The notes below the pieces were generated by a model. That model was not told where the DNA came from. It did no database searches and saw only the letters and a program-made list of their open reading frames with translations. A stretch of DNA of 64,000 bases from Trichoplax adhaerens (Eukaryota; Animalia; Placozoa), in the NCBI RefSeq assembly GCF_000150275.1, contig NW_002060954.1, positions 1,426,001-1,490,000 on the forward strand. The letters run 5' to 3'. The position numbers and the translations under genes are program-made. This document shows positions 61,417-64,000 of this stretch, one piece after another (position 1 is the stretch's first letter; each line of letters starts with the position of its first letter).

Positions 61417-63169
61417 AGAGCGAACACATGAAAAATTTCTACCTTTTGATGACATATTAAAGATTATAAATACTACTATATTTAATTATTTAATTAATGG
61501 CTGATATCGTGGTATTTATGGATTTCGATATATACCCAATGCGAGTTCAATAAGAATTAATTTAAAAAATTGCAGAACCTAATTTAATATTTCCTACTGC
61601 TAATTTTAAAGATTAAGAGTTACCTTCCAGTTAAAAATCTTGTACAGTATATCAAGTAATTGCTATTATTCATACATTATACTATGTTTTCTCTACGGAC
61701 TGTATATACGAGTATATGCGTATAAGTATAATGTAACTATTTAAAAATCTTTGGTGGTATTGAAAGAAATTTATTATGCGACATTCTAAAATTATTCTAC
61801 ATGCATTTGTAACGGAAGACCAACTATGTTTCGGTATATTTAGTTCTTCTAAGTAATTTGTAAATACTGTATGTAATATTCGTATTTTTACAATATTGTA
61901 CGATTCAAGGAAAGATATACGCTATAATAAATCTCGTTTGAGTATTGTTAAGCGATGAGATGGAAATAATGATTGTCTGAATCATTCGATTCGGACATTC
62001 TTTGCTACTCCCTGTGAAACAATATTGTATCACTCATATCTAAGTATCGACTTAATACAATAGCAACCTTAATATTTGATACCAGTTTCTCAATTAGATA
62101 CTATTCTCAGACTGTATACGTAATCGTAAATACTTTGTAAAGTGATTGATAAGGCATGAAGCTTCGACAGAGAAAACTTGTAGCAATTATATAGTGATCG
62201 GCAATGACACAAATTTACTCCCTCTATTCTTCTAAATAATCTATGATAATCGAGGTTAAGCGTCCTTCTAGTTGCGTGACAGTATAATTGATCCCTCATG
62301 GTTTAAACTTCTATACATAATCAACGCAATTTACAATTATTTACGTCGAAAATAACACAGGATTTATGACAAACAAATGCACCATACCTATCAATTCAGT
62401 ATCTAAGTATATTACTGCATTGTTGCCTGTACTATTCCACTGCACATTCACTAGGTAAGCCTACAAATGCTATTCATGATTAGTACTCTATATGAAGTAG
62501 TACTGTACTGGGCATATGACTTTACTAATCGTGGAAAATTATGACTGAGTGAATTTATCATTACATTTTGTGCCCTAGCGTTTGCCATGACTACATATCA
62601 TATGTTTATTTAGTATGCGAATGATTCGATTAACTTAACGAGTAAGGTTTCAAGATACTGTAGTTAAACAATACAATCATTTCTGTATTCATGGACTACA
62701 GTACTTGAATCATTGGTCCATTATAGTGTGTAAAATATAATGAAAGCTAAGATTATGTACCAAACCAGTAGATATCATTAAGGTATCAACTGCTATCTCG
62801 AGCGCTGTACAACCGTGTAATAGTAACACGAACGAGAGAAAATAATTAGACTAGTTTACAAACAAAATAAAGCTGTTGTACTACAAATATCATAGCAATT
62901 GCCAGGCCAACGCCTTTTAATCTCGTTTCCATGACAGCAACTTGCAGAAGCGCTATCGCCGTGCAAGTACAGTATAGTGATGAATACGGTAGCACCGCTA
63001 GTAAAAGAGTATATATATACAGTAGTATAGCATCATTGTATCTTTTTCGGCCCTAGTAAGAAATCTATCATACGTTTAAGTCTCTATATAGGATCTTGAC
63101 TGTAAACTTGTCTGTTATATCAAAACAAGGACAACACATGTACATGACTGTATGTACATAGAAGCCAAC

Positions 63170-64000
63170 ATGGCAACCGCGGACAAAACTGATCCAATCG
63201 TTAATAAGGAACAATCCTCAATTCATAAAGATGGAGAAATTCCTAGCGAAGACCTACGTAGAGGAATAGAGCAATTAGTTGAACGTTTGACTGTTATCAT
63301 GAATGAAACCCGTTCAATTTCAGCTACGGAAGATATACTGTTGAATTTAGAAAGCACGGATGAGAATTTCCATAAGTAAATTCATACACTGTATACAAAC
63401 AACTTATTCATACACTTATATGTTACGTATGGATAAACATGTACTAGTACAGTATACACCCTACAGTATTGTTATTGAATAGAAGATAATGACTGAAGCC
63501 TATGGTAAAGTTAGTAAATTTATCTAGATTAAAATAAAATATGTTTTATTTATTTTACTTGATTTTGCTAGATATGAGTTAGTTAAACTATTACGGAGGA
63601 AGATTGAGACACAACTGGGTCCACTTATTGATGATGAGTTAGATCGGATTAGCCTAAGTAAAGAAGCACAACAAGATCATATATCGAATCTATGCAATAA
63701 AATCTTATCTTCTCAAGAGTTAGTAGCACTCAATATTTACTATCGTTGTTGTTGCATACAATCACTCAAAAATCATCAAAATTTTTACCATGCAGATTTT
63801 CAAATTTCTCTCATTCACTCCATTACGAAATAAAAACTATTATAGATGATTTGGTATGCGATTGGATATTACAGAAGAGTACTTTGAGATATTTAATCTT
63901 TCTAAAAAGACTAATAACATTATAGATTACTCTACGAAATAATTTTTGTACTGATTGCGAGCATAAAATGACGTAGCTACTTCATATTTTGGGATTTAGG
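63170..64000 (+). CDS. TBC1D32: Broad-minded/BROMI ciliary protein, 5' part (runs off the window)
   Basis: EDILLNLESTDENFHK|YELVKLLRRKIETQLGPLIDDEL resembles the BROMI N-terminus ([24 protein letters not shown]...LGSMIEEE); three exons visible. Confidence 0.85.

Overview
This is AT-rich, gene-dense eukaryotic DNA with many short GT-AG introns and an animal-type housekeeping gene set. The style suggests a placozoan such as Trichoplax (inferred, not verified). Thirteen protein-coding genes were reconstructed by hand-splicing, in order: RBL1/2-type pocket protein (+), POMGNT2 (-, single exon), AFG3L2 (+), PRMT5 (-), MRPL16 (+), NOP9 (+), PSMA7 (+), NUTF2 (-), LSM14 (+), SS18 family (-), TAF4 (+), RSPRY1 (+), and the 5' end of TBC1D32/BROMI (+). 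Main observations: (1) mixed-orientation CAGTA/TACTG pentamer arrays sit upstream of most genes, fill every identified head-to-head promoter, and are absent from the confident coding exons; (2) PSMA7, LSM14, SS18 and TAF4 form a cluster that is also tightly linked in human (20q13.33, with a paralogous cluster at 18q11.2); (3) a hAT-type MITE with an intact 8-bp target-site duplication lies in a PRMT5 intron; (4) splicing oddities include a GC-AG intron, an 11-nt microexon and a duplicated decoy acceptor. No rRNA, tRNA or CRISPR array was found.
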